From assembly GCF_030028105.1 (NCBI RefSeq), contig NC_092371.1, positions 15,025,884 to 15,089,883 of the forward strand: 64,000 bases of DNA, read 5' to 3'. Below, in pieces: positions 49,063-60,000 of the stretch. Made by a program: the position numbers and the translations under genes. Under the pieces are notes generated by a model. The model saw only the letters and a list, made by a program, of their open reading frames with translations, did no database searches and was not told the origin of the DNA. Source of the stretch: Mobula birostris (lineage: Eukaryota). How positions within the stretch are numbered: position 1 is the stretch's first letter; every line of letters begins with the position of its first letter.

Positions 49063-52000
49063 TTGTACTAATTCTGGCATACTTGATGATTCGGAGAGAT
49101 ATGATCAACATACATATCACTTTAAGGAGTAATTAAGGAATAATCCCTGAGTCCTGTAAAATGTACTGATTAGTCTTGGACCATGAGACATAGCTGCAGC
49201 GTTAGGCCATTTGGTCCAGCAAGTCAGCTCGGCATTCTATCATGGGTGATGTATTATCCCTTTCATGTCAGATGAACAGAATATCCCATCCTATTCCACC
49301 ATTGCAGGCCGCAGTGGCCAAATCTCCTTGTTACTCCCCAGGTAACAGGTCCTCGAATTAACAAAAACCATGTTTGTATTTGGTTCGAGGGGCTCCATTC
49401 CCAGTGTTGATAACTAGTTTCTTTCAGCTCCTCGTGTTCCAAATGGCTTTCAGCTGCGCCCGTATTGCATCTCTGCACCCGTGTATCTGCTCTGAGTAAG
49501 CTTTCAATTGATTCACGTGAAGTATTAAGGCACGATTATGCTACCAACAGCGATTTCAGTCAGTGAGTTACTGGACGGAAGAAGTAAATAGTGCACTGAG
49601 AGAAAGGCTATGGCAGAGTGGTAATATTAACATGTTTCTGTGAAGCGCACTATTTTGTTGCTAGATCAGACAATTGTACTCAACCACTTACTTTTCTGAG
49701 GGAAGTGAAACATTCTTCCCGGTGACCAGAGTTAGCAAAGCTGATAATGCGGTTTGCCACCAAATGCCCTGTTGAACATATGACTGGAATGACTACATCT
49801 CATCAATGGGTTTATGGTGTAAACCGCTTGCTGGGCTGTCCAGAAGGCGACAACCGCCAGCAAAACGCATCGTTGCGAAACTGCTCTGTAACGCCTGGAA
49901 TGACATCTGTGTCGCTGTACCGCCACCTCATGGTTACTAACGGAAATTCGAAAACAGAGTTATATTTTCTCAGCTCACTTTTTAGAAGACAGAAGATAGA
50001 AATTTACAGCACATTATAGACCCTTCGGCCCACAATGTAGTGCCAACCATGTAATCTACTCTAGATTTGTCTGGAATTCCCCTAGCGCATAGCTTCTATT
50101 TTTCCACGCTCTATGTACCTGTCTAAGCGGCTCCTAAAAGACCATATTGTATCCATTTTCACCATCAGCGCTGTCAGTGCATTCCACGCACCCACTGCTC
50201 TCTGAGTGAAAAACTTACCCCTGACATTCTCTCGTTACCTATTTCCAAGCACGCTAAACCTATGCCCCATCGTTTTAGCAATTTCAGCCCTGGAACCGTG
50301 TCTCTGGCTACGGAAACGATCAATGCCCCTCATCACCTTATATACCTCTGTCAGGTTACCTCTCAGCCTCCGTCACTCCAAGGAGTAAAGGCCAAGAACA
50401 CGCAGCCTACTCTCATAAGGTGCACCTTTCATTCCAGGAAACATCTTTGTAAATCTCTTCTGCATTCACTCTATAGTTTCCACATCCTTCCTGTGGTGAG
50501 GTGACCAGAACTGAACACCGTACTCCAGGTAGGGTCTGAACAAGGTCTTATATAGCTGTAACAATACCTCACGGATCTTGACCTCACTCCCTTAGTTGAT
50601 GAATGCAAACTCACCATATGCCTTCTCAACAACCCTGTCAATCTGATCAGCAGGTTTGAGTGTCCTATCTTTAGAACCCTATCATTAATAGTATATTATT
50701 TCTTCAATTTGGACCTCCGAAAATAAACCACTTCACACTTATCTGGGTTGAAGTCCATCTACCACTTCTCAGCGCAGTTCTGCATCCTATCGACGTCCCG
50801 CTGTAACTTTTGACAACCCTCCAGACAGTCCACAACATCCCCAACCTTTCTGTCGTCAGCAAACTTGCTAACCCACAATTCTTCTTGTTCATTCAGTTCA
50901 TTTATAAAAATCACAAATCCGAGGGGTCACAGAACAGATCCCTGCGAAACACCACTGGTCACCGACTTCCATGCAGAATGTCAACCATCTACAAGCACTC
51001 TTTGTCTTCTTTGGACAAGCAAATTCTGGATCCTCAAAGCAACGTCTCCTTACGTCTCAGGATCTTCTTCAACAACCTTCCCACCCCTGAGATCAGACGC
51101 ATTGATCTACACTTTCCTAGCTATTCGCTACTCCCTTTCTTGAACAAGGGAACAACATCTGCAACCTTCCAATCCTTCGGTACTTATCCCGTCCATATTG
51201 ATGATGCAAAAACCATTGTAAGAGTCTCAACAATCTTCTCCTTCGCTTCCCACAATATCCTGGGGTATATCTCATCCGGTCCCGGTGACTTACCTAACTT
51301 ATGCTTTTCAAAAGCTCCTGCGCATCCTCTTTCTTAATGTCTCTATGCTCAAGTGTTTCGGTCTGCAGTAAGTCATCCCCACAATTGCCAAGGTCTTTTT
51401 CCCTGGTTAATAGTGATTAGGTACTTCCACAACCTCTCTGTCTCCATGCATACGTTTCCACTGCCGCACCTCATTGGTCCTATTCCCACACAGCTCGTCC
51501 TCTTGCTCTTCACATACTTGTAGAATGCCTTTCAATTTCCCTTCATCCTGCCCAAGGCCTTCTCATGGCACCTTCTGGCTCTCCGAGTTCCATTCCTATG
51601 CTTCATCCTAGAAATCTTGCAATTTTCTTGATCTCTAATAGTACCTAGTTTCTTGTACTGTACCATTCGTAAGCTTTTTTTTTTCTTCTTAACTGTATTT
51701 TCTACATCCTTTGTACACCATGACTCTCTGCCATCCTTTCCCTGCCTCAATGGAACATACCTATGCAGAGTTCCATGCAAATGCTCTCTGAACATTTGCC
51801 ACATTTCTGCCCTGCATATCCCTGACAACACCTACTCGTAATTTAGGCTCCCAAGTTCCTGCCTAATAGCATCATATTTTCCCCTGTTACCCTTTGACAG
51901 AGAACTATGTAAAGCATTGTGATTTTTAAAGTCGCCTTCGTCACTCCAGAACTGATTTGTTTATTGGAAGTACTGGATCACATTCATTGAATAATTCAAT

Positions 52001-52350
52001 ACTTGCAAAGTCAACAATCTCTTCTGTAGCTGATACAGACTTTCAGCATCATAAACCTTCCCGTAAGAGAATTTCAGAATGTACACCGATGCATTAATTT
52101 CCACTCGTTAGCCTTTTACTCGTTTTAGAAATTACTTTCAATAATTTTTAACCCCCCTGCTAGGTGAAGAGCCATTTATGAAACATCATTGACCCGACTG
52201 CCAGTCCTGCTTCTGAATATCACCGGCAACAAACTTATAGATATCCACATGATGCCACGCTTTTTCTCTAATTATCCATTGATATAATTCTTCACGAACT
52301 CTTTTCATTTCCTAGTTGCTATTTTGGCCTAGCTTCGTAGGATATGTCTA
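49063..52350. repeat. Segmental duplication block A, copy 2 (inverted relative to 10850-14463), including an antisense CR1 at about 49990-51880
   Basis: Reverse-complement alignment; the embedded CR1 shares small deletions with the 11.3-kb CR1 (GKDG-[R/K]ESWCTK, KAL-[G/D]RMK). Confidence 0.88.
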
Positions 52351-52939
52351 GCGACATAGGATTTATCACACCTGACACGCAAACATGGATAAGATACTCC
52401 TGATGCTTTCCCTGACATTCAAATGAAATATACTTTCACTGATGGTCTCAGTTTGCATTTCGTTCTGCCATACGCATAAGCTACATCACAGTTGCACCGT
52501 ATCAGATCCGGCATTTAGAAACCCATGCATTACTGGTTTAATCGGTTTAAAATAAATCTGATCTCTGAAATGGCGTTAAAATCGTGCGATGTCTATAAAG
52601 CAGCATCAAGCGGTAAGTACTCAGAAATCTGGAATGGTCCTTGCTTCACGTTTTTCATATCTCCAATCATGAAATCGGTGCAAGACATGTGAACCTATCA
52701 TTGACTGTATCTATTGCATTCGTATCTGCCCAAATAATGAAGCGCAGTTTAATACTCGGACAACACTCACCTAAGGCTGGTGGGAGGCAAGCGTCATTCA
52801 CGCTGCACACTGTAACCGTGGTTTGAATTATGATTGTGCTTTCCCTACCAACAGCCATACCTGAGCAGTGATTCTGGCTAACAGCCTGTAATTGGTCAAA
52901 CCGCATTTGGTAATTGTACTAAATTTTAGGCTCCATATC

Positions 52940-54340
52940 GAAAAAATGATGTGTTGGTATTTCAGTAGGTCAAGGGGGGGGGCGACTCTCTATTCGCGCA
53001 ATGATTTTTATCTATATTTAAACACGCTACCTATTTCACTTACTCGGATAAGCATACGGTGTCAAATCAGAAGCAACCAAACAAACTATACCTTGACAAA
53101 CATTCTATCGATGAACAGTTGGAAATTGTACTCTCCTTCAGTCGTAAAGCTAAAGCAATTAATTCAAATAGGAGAACTGCTTTCGAAAGATATAAACATA
53201 GACTTTTGACTAGATAAGGGCAGAAATTAAACATAAAGAAAGATGTGATAGAGCAGGTAGAATATAAAACGGGGCAGTGGAACACCATACAACCGATGGA
53301 TGAGTATGAAACCAATAAGTATCTGGGATGTCATCAAAGAAAGAAAATAGATCATAGAAGGTGTGTCTGGGACAGAAAAGACGAGGTTGTAGAGAGTGTA
53401 CAGTGTGGGGAACAGGTGTTTAATACAGACGGTGTGTCTGGAAAAATAGTTCATAGAGATAGAAACAGAAATCATTCGATAAAATTTATTTCAAGTCTCA
53501 ACAAATTCTGACGAAGAGCTCAATAGAAAAGATATAACCAAAGCAATAACCAATTTCGCTACGGCCATATGAGCAGACTGCATTATTTTAATGATGTCCT
53601 GGGGCAAAACCAATCTGGACAATTTACAGAGAAAATAAGATCTAAAATTAAGAATTTTAGAAAATGTTACTATTATTCGAAAATATTTAGATCAACACTA
53701 ACTAGGACAGAAGAAGGAAGAGAAAGAACATGCATAAAAATGCACAAAAATCATTTAAAACTTCTAAGGATATATTTTCATCAACGAAAACAAGATTCAG
53801 TCCTACACAAGAGGATATGCAATTCTGAAAAAAGGAACACACCACTGAACTTAAATAAAAACATAGTTCAGAAAAATGAAGCGAATTTCACCATCAAAGA
53901 AAGTTGGTTTACCAGTGGAAGAGCATAGCCCTCCACGGTTGCTATCCTGACAATCAGAGCAATCTAGATATCTACAATCGAGCGTCTAAACCCTGACTCA
54001 GAGTTGGAGACCTCTTCCTAGAAATCGAATAGTTCTTGAGGCAATACCAGACCAGATGGCTAATACAAAGACATCAAAAATACAGAATAAAATAAAAAGA
54101 CATTCAAGACGATAAATTCAGAAAATGCCAAGAAACCAGAAACAATCTAACACATCGCAGGACATAGGAACCTTCAGTAGATTAAATCAATTGAATTACT
54201 TACTCATGCACATCATGGACCAAACATCATTTAACGCAATTTAGCTTTAGATTACGAACTCAAGAGAGAGAATACGTTACTATAAATTAAAGTCTGATTC
54301 AGGATTAGAGCCAGAGTTCTACAAATTATTTGACCGATCC
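52940..54340 (+). mobile_element. Degenerate R4/Dong-like (restriction-like endonuclease) non-LTR retrotransposon
   Basis: Remnants of QGDSLSP, HLLYMDDLKLY, YKYLG, GGRG, LHG.YP, L.PE.E and the CCHC knuckle RKC.E.PET..HI.G characteristic of R4-clade ORFs; many stops and indels. Confidence 0.72.
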
Positions 54341-54374
54341 AGTATTACTGAGATCATAATTCTACCTCCTTTCC

Positions 54375-54715
54375 CATAGCATTGGAGAGGGGTGGTAACA
54401 GAAAAGTTAGGAAAATGTTTAATTGGATTACGGCAAAATATGAGGCTATCAGGCAGGAATTTGGAAACATAAATTGGAAACATGTTCTCAGGGAAACGTA
54501 CGGGAAAAATGTGACAAACGTTCAGGGGATATTTGCGTGGAGTTCTGCATAGGTACTTTTCAATGAGACAGGGAAAGGACAGTAAGGTACAGGAACCGTG
54601 GTGTACAAAGGCTGTTGTAAATCTCGTCAAGAAGAAAAGAAGAGTTTAAGAAAGGTTCGAAACTAGGTAATGGCAGAGATCTAGAAGTTTATAAGGGTAA
54701 CAGGAAGGAACTCTG
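54375..54715 (+). mobile_element. CR1 ORF2 internal fragment
   Basis: NWITAKYEAIRQE..EPWCTKAVVNLVKKK-like text. Confidence 0.75.
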
Positions 54716-54719
54716 AACC

Positions 54720-54773
54720 ACTTACTTTAGCTTCAAGTTAATTTTACAGTATATTTTATGAACCACCACAGAG
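54720..54773 (-). pseudogene. Putative decayed unrearranged J segment with an RSS heptamer
   Basis: Minus strand: heptamer-like CTCTGTG (plus CACAGAG, 54767-54773), 41 nt reading W-F-I-K-Y-T-V-K-L-T (FGKGTKLT-like), then donor GTAAGT (54725-54720). The nonamer is poor (ACTTACACC, 6/9, 25-bp spacer). Confidence 0.45.
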
Positions 54774-55070
54774 CATCTCTGTAAAAGTAGCATTCGTTAC
54801 TTACACCCATTTGAATACAACTTTGGACTTTCCTCTGGGTCACTTGGATAAGTTGTGATTGTGTGAGGCCGAGGACTAATTCTCGCTCTATCGAAATAAT
54901 AATTATCTCTCAGTGTTATCCACATTATGGTCCCTCACTTTGATCCCAGTACCCGTAGTTGTCCCACGCGATCCACGTTTATAGAATGGAGAGCAGTGGC
55001 TGTCCGCCAGATGAAATTAAGCTTCTTCTTTCCAGCGACTGATTAATTTACCTTGCGAGACGGTTTTATA

Positions 55071-55345
55071 ATTCTTTGTCCCTGTTTGATTAATCAGTAA
55101 CACTGTGTATAGTAACAGGTCTTGGGCAAGTAAAAAGCACACGTCAGGTTTGATGCGGTTGAAGGGAAGGTCTCCATCGCCTGTTCCCTGCACCTGTCCC
55201 GAGATTGAAGGGGCTTCGGTGCTTCCGGTGCAACTAGTTAACTGAACTAAATGCCTCATTCATTTCCTCTGTATAAGCGTTCAGGAGATGTAGCAGTCTC
55301 CCTGGGCTGCATAACCTGTTCGTTTATCTGACTCGAGGGATTCCG
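55071..55345 (-). pseudogene. Putative decayed unrearranged light-chain V segment with a 3' RSS
   Basis: Minus-strand motifs in order: PG(E)TA(T)IS(C>*), VN(W>*)LHRK..SP, GTGAGNRRWRPS (intact gene GTGITDRFQPS), L..NRIKPD, AFY-C, six codons, then a perfect CACAGTG (plus 55101-55107). The nonamer is imperfect (ACAAAGAAT after 21 bp). Confidence 0.55.
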
Positions 55346-55964
55346 TTACAAGTACCTTTTCTTTGTCTATTGTTTATTCAAGATTTTTGGCATTACAAAT
55401 GCTTCCATATTTTAGTTATAGGGTCAACATAATGGAAATACCTTCCGGTACATTAGCGAATGCAATGGGAAAACTTTTCATTCCAATTTGAACAGTTTTA
55501 GTTCAAAATTAACAATGCACTGAAGTCAACACGAAAGATGAAGGCATCAGGGGGCATAATGGAAGGGCATCAGTGGAGGGGAGGGTACTGTCGCATGCAC
55601 ACACTGTGGTTGTACAACTTGGATGGATTTCCCATTCAACCAAGGACCTAACGGCCCTGAGCAGCGCTCGAGGGGATGGACGAGAATTTTCTCCAGGAAG
55701 CAGAATTGATAGAGATCCCTCAAACGCCTTCACTAAAATACCCAAGCCACTCTGCAACTGGTTTTCCTATTCGTTACATCACAGCAGTAACCACAGCTCA
55801 ACAATTAACTCATTAGTCCAGAACTAATTGGGCTGTCTGAAACAATGATAGGCGCTTTGGGGATGCAATCTACCTCTAATTAAATCCGGTGAAATCCTTT
55901 GGAAGATCTGGTCCGACTCAAACCAATACTTGATGTCTGCTGCCACCTTACGTTCACTTGCGGA

Positions 55965-57010
55965 AGCTCAAGCAACGGACTATCCTCAGAAAATGCTGGT
56001 GAACGCAGAAGGCCAGGCAGCATCGATAGGAAGAGGTACATTCGACGTTTTCACCCTGGACCCTTTGTCAGGACTAACTGGATGAACGGATAGTGAGAAA
56101 TTTGAAGGTAGGAGGGGGAGTGGTGATATCCGAAATGATAGCAGAAGACAGCAGGGGAAGGGTGGATCAAAGAGCTGGAAAGTTGATTGGAAAAAGGGCT
56201 AACATGCTGGCGAAGGACCATGGGACGGGAAGCCTGGGGAGAAAGAGAAGTGGAGAGTGGAGTGGAGAGAAGGCAAGGAGTTATAGAGAGAGGGACAGAG
56301 GGAGAAAATCAAGAGTGAAAAAAGGGGGGAAATAAAAATATATATATATATATATATAAAAATATACATAATATAACCAAATAAGGGATGTGGTGTGAAG
56401 GCGAGGCGGGGCATTAACGGAAGTTGGAAAAGTCAAAATTCATGCCATCAGGTTGGAGGCATCCCAGACGAAATATAACGTGTTGTTCCTCCAATCTGCG
56501 TGTGGCTTCATCTTGACTGTAGAGGAGGCCGTGGATGACATATCAGAATGGGAATGGGACGTGGATTTAAAATGAGTGGCCACTGGGAATTCTTGCTTTC
56601 TCTGGCGGACGGAGCGTAGGTGTTCATGGAAACGGTCCTCCAGCTTGCGTCGGGTCTCGCCAATATATAGAAGGCCGCAGCGGGAGCACCGGACGCAGTA
56701 TATCACCCCAGCCGACTCACAGGTGAAATGTCGCCTCATCTTAAAGGACGGTCTGGGGCCCTGAATAGTGGTGAGAGAGGCGGTGTAAGGGCATCTGTAG
56801 CACTTGTTCCGCTTTCAAGGATAAGGGCCGGGAGGGAGATCGGTGTGAAGGGATGGGAGGACGAATGGACAAGGGAGTCGACATATAATTCTTCGTGACT
56901 TCCGCCACCTCCAACGGGATCCCACCACCAAGCACGTCTTCCCCCACTCCCACCCCTACTGCTTTCCGCTGGGATCGCTCCCTACGCGACTCCCTTGTCC
57001 ATTCGACCCC
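55965..57010 (-). mobile_element. Penelope-like element 3' fragment (GIY-YIG)
   Basis: ORF 56440-56739 VIYCVRCSRCGLLYIGETRRKLEDRFHEHL..PVATHF; degenerate hammerhead at about 56040-56078. Confidence 0.9.
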
Positions 57011-57041
57011 ACCACTGCGTCCGTTGCTCCCGGTGCGTTTC

Positions 57042-60000
57042 GTGATGAACCCTCAGGCAGGAAGGAAATAAACAGTCACTGAATAGTGAAGGAATAATCG
57101 AGGCGGAGGGCACCTGTTTGGATTATTAACATTTTGGCAACCTCGAATTGTGCGCTGAACTACCTGTTGTCTATATGAACTATGCGAATCATTAACAAGA
57201 TTGGGCACGCTGGGCTGGTGAGGAGGCTTGGATAAAGGTGCCAGGTGAGTGAAGCAATTGCCTATTCAATAAATGCCTGTGTGACATTAGACGGACAGTG
57301 CTTCTGAATTGTCCTTCTTCAGTTTGGAGGACTGTTCCCGCTGGTGTACAGCCGAGACCGATACTTGTTCCACCATTGGAATATTGGGATAAGAAAGTAG
57401 TTTACATCGTTTGCAAGTTACACTTGGAGGTAATAATGCAGGACATGGCGTGGCAAGTGGCAGAACCCTGGGGAGAGTTGTAGCTTATACAGATATAGGG
57501 GCATCGTTTGTGCAAGGTATGATGCTGGATCACGCTGTGCGAAAACAACTGTCAATGCCACACTGAAAACAGGTTGGGCTCAAAGAATTGATGGGGCTCT
57601 GAGAGAGAGAACTTCGTAAATTGATAATCCCAGACTGAACAGGGTCACGTCACAGTTACTCACTCTGTCCACTATCACTCATCCCACCAGCATTCAAAAG
57701 AGGAATCACACCTCGCGTCCCCTTTGCTGTTAATTCAGTATCTTCTCATTCAAAGTCATCGCTCTCATTTTCCTAAACTACAGGGAGTTTGGTGTCTTTC
57801 TCTTTCTCAGCCCCAAAGTCCAAGTCAAAGCAAATTAATTACCGAAGTGCATATATGCAGCATATATAATCCTGAGACTCATTTTTGAGAGCATTCGCTG
57901 ACAAGAAAAAAGAATCACAAGAGACTCAATGAAAACCGCACACAACAAGCACTGGCAAGTAACCAATCCGCAAAAGAGAACATAGTGTGGAGAGACATCA
58001 AAGAGAAAAAGCACGTAATATTCGTAATAAATAAATAAGCAATAAATGTCAAGAGCAGGATCTGAACAGTGAGCGAAAATGAATCCACGGGTTCAGGAAT
58101 CCGTTGAGTTTTGTGGAGAGTGAATTTGGGTGAACGGATCCCCATTTGTTCAAGGCTCTAAGGCTTTAGGGCTAATAACTTTTCCAGAATCTAGTGCTGT
58201 GGGATGAATGCTAGAGTACCACTTCCGTGACGGCAGGAGCGAGAAGGGAGCATAACCTGGATGATAGGGCTGATTGACGCTGCATACTGCTCTCCTGAGA
58301 GAACACCACTTTGAGATGTGCTCAGTGGTGGGAAGCGTTCGACGAGTAATGGACTGCACTGTATGCAATAATTTCTTAGACTTTTCCATTAGAACATAGA
58401 ACATAGTACAGTATTGCAAATCAACAAACCCTTCGGCCCACGATGCGGTGTCAAATGAATTTAATGGTTAATCAAAAGGCTAACTGAACTGATCTCTTCT
58501 GCGCACACCACGTCCTCGTTTTCTCGTATTCATGGGCCTATCGAAACCTCTCTTGAATACCCTCAATTACTCTGCCTTTACCACTCAGGCACCGCATTTC
58601 AGTATCCATAACATCTCCTTTGAGATTATCTCATCTCACCTGAAATGCATGTCATCTGGTATCAGGCATTTGAAATCTGATCCACAACATCTAGGTAAAC
58701 CTCTTCTGCACTCTCTTGAGAGCCTCGACAGCTTTCTTATAACTGGGGGCCCAGAGCTGTATACAATACTCCCAGTGCGGCCTAACTGGATCTTTATAAG
58801 CTTCAACATAACTTTCTGTCTTTTGAAATCAATGTATCGGCTTATAAATACAAGCATTCTATATGCTATCTTAACCATTCAGTTAACCCACGAAACCACT
58901 TCCAGGGAGTTCGGAGCTGGACCTGAAGTTCCCTCTGTTCATCAGCATTGTTGAGGATCGCATCCATAACAGTCTACAGTCTCTTTGTTTTTGATCTAGC
59001 AATATGCAACACTTAACATTTGGCTGCGTTACACTCCATCTACTATTTCTCCACCCATGACCTCAAATGACAATCTACTATGCTACTCACAACACCAGTA
59101 GACTTCATATCATCTAGAACCTTACTGAACGACCCATGTACGTTTTCATCCGGGTCCTTCATATTGATCACAAACAGTCAAGGTCCCAGTACAAATCTCT
59201 GCAGAACACCACTAATCACAGGCCTCCGCCTACAAAAAGTCCACAGGACTACTGCCCTCTGTCTTCGAAGTGCAAGCCTGGTGTGAATCCAAATGGCCAA
59301 TTCACTATGGATCCGTTGATTCTTCATCTTCTGAAATAGCCAACAGATGAGCGCCTGGCTTCGGCAAGAAGAGGCTGAGGACGAGCTTGCTCCCAGTGAG
59401 GTAAGGCCGGGTAAGCTCCTTAAATTAATCTAATTAACTTAGAAGGGCGAGCACAATTGTCCCTGATGACTACACCTGTAAAAGGTGCATCCAGCTGCAG
59501 CTCCTGACAAACCGAGTTAGGGAACTGGAGCTGGAGCTGGATGAACTTCGGATCATTCGTGACGCAAAGGCAGAAATAGACAGGTGTTACAGGGTGATAG
59601 TCACCCCAAAAAGTCAGGAGACAGGTAGCTGGGTGACTGTCAGGAGGGGGAAGGGGAATAGACAGAATGAGCAGAGCACCCCTATGGCCGTTCCCATCAA
59701 TAATAAGTATACCGTTTTGGATACCGTTGGTGGGGACGACCTACCATGGACGAGTTGCAGTGATCGCATCTCTGGCACCAGACGGGACCCTCAGCTCAAA
59801 AGGGAAGGTGGGAAAAGAGGAGAGCAGTAGAGGATTCGATAGTAAGGGGGACAGATAGGAGATTCTGTTGGAGAGATCAAGAATCCCGGATGGTCTGTTG
59901 CCTCCCTGGTGCCAGATCCGGGATATGTCGGATCAAATTCTCAGTATTCTCAAGAGTGAGGGTCAGTTGGCAAATGTTATGGTCCATGTAGGGACCAATA

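Noticed and set aside
52770-52897. C-domain-like words on the minus strand (DQ.YRL ... CSVNDACLPPAL vs CSVSHSSLSSPL)
   Set aside because: The spacing between the motifs is 20 nt too long and the intervening sequence does not align; kept only as a target for the tBLASTn test.
55380-55490. Possible leader exon (MKSFPIAFANVPE, donor GTATTT) for the minus-strand V remnant
   Set aside because: Not convincingly hydrophobic and shows no similarity to the other two leaders or promoters.
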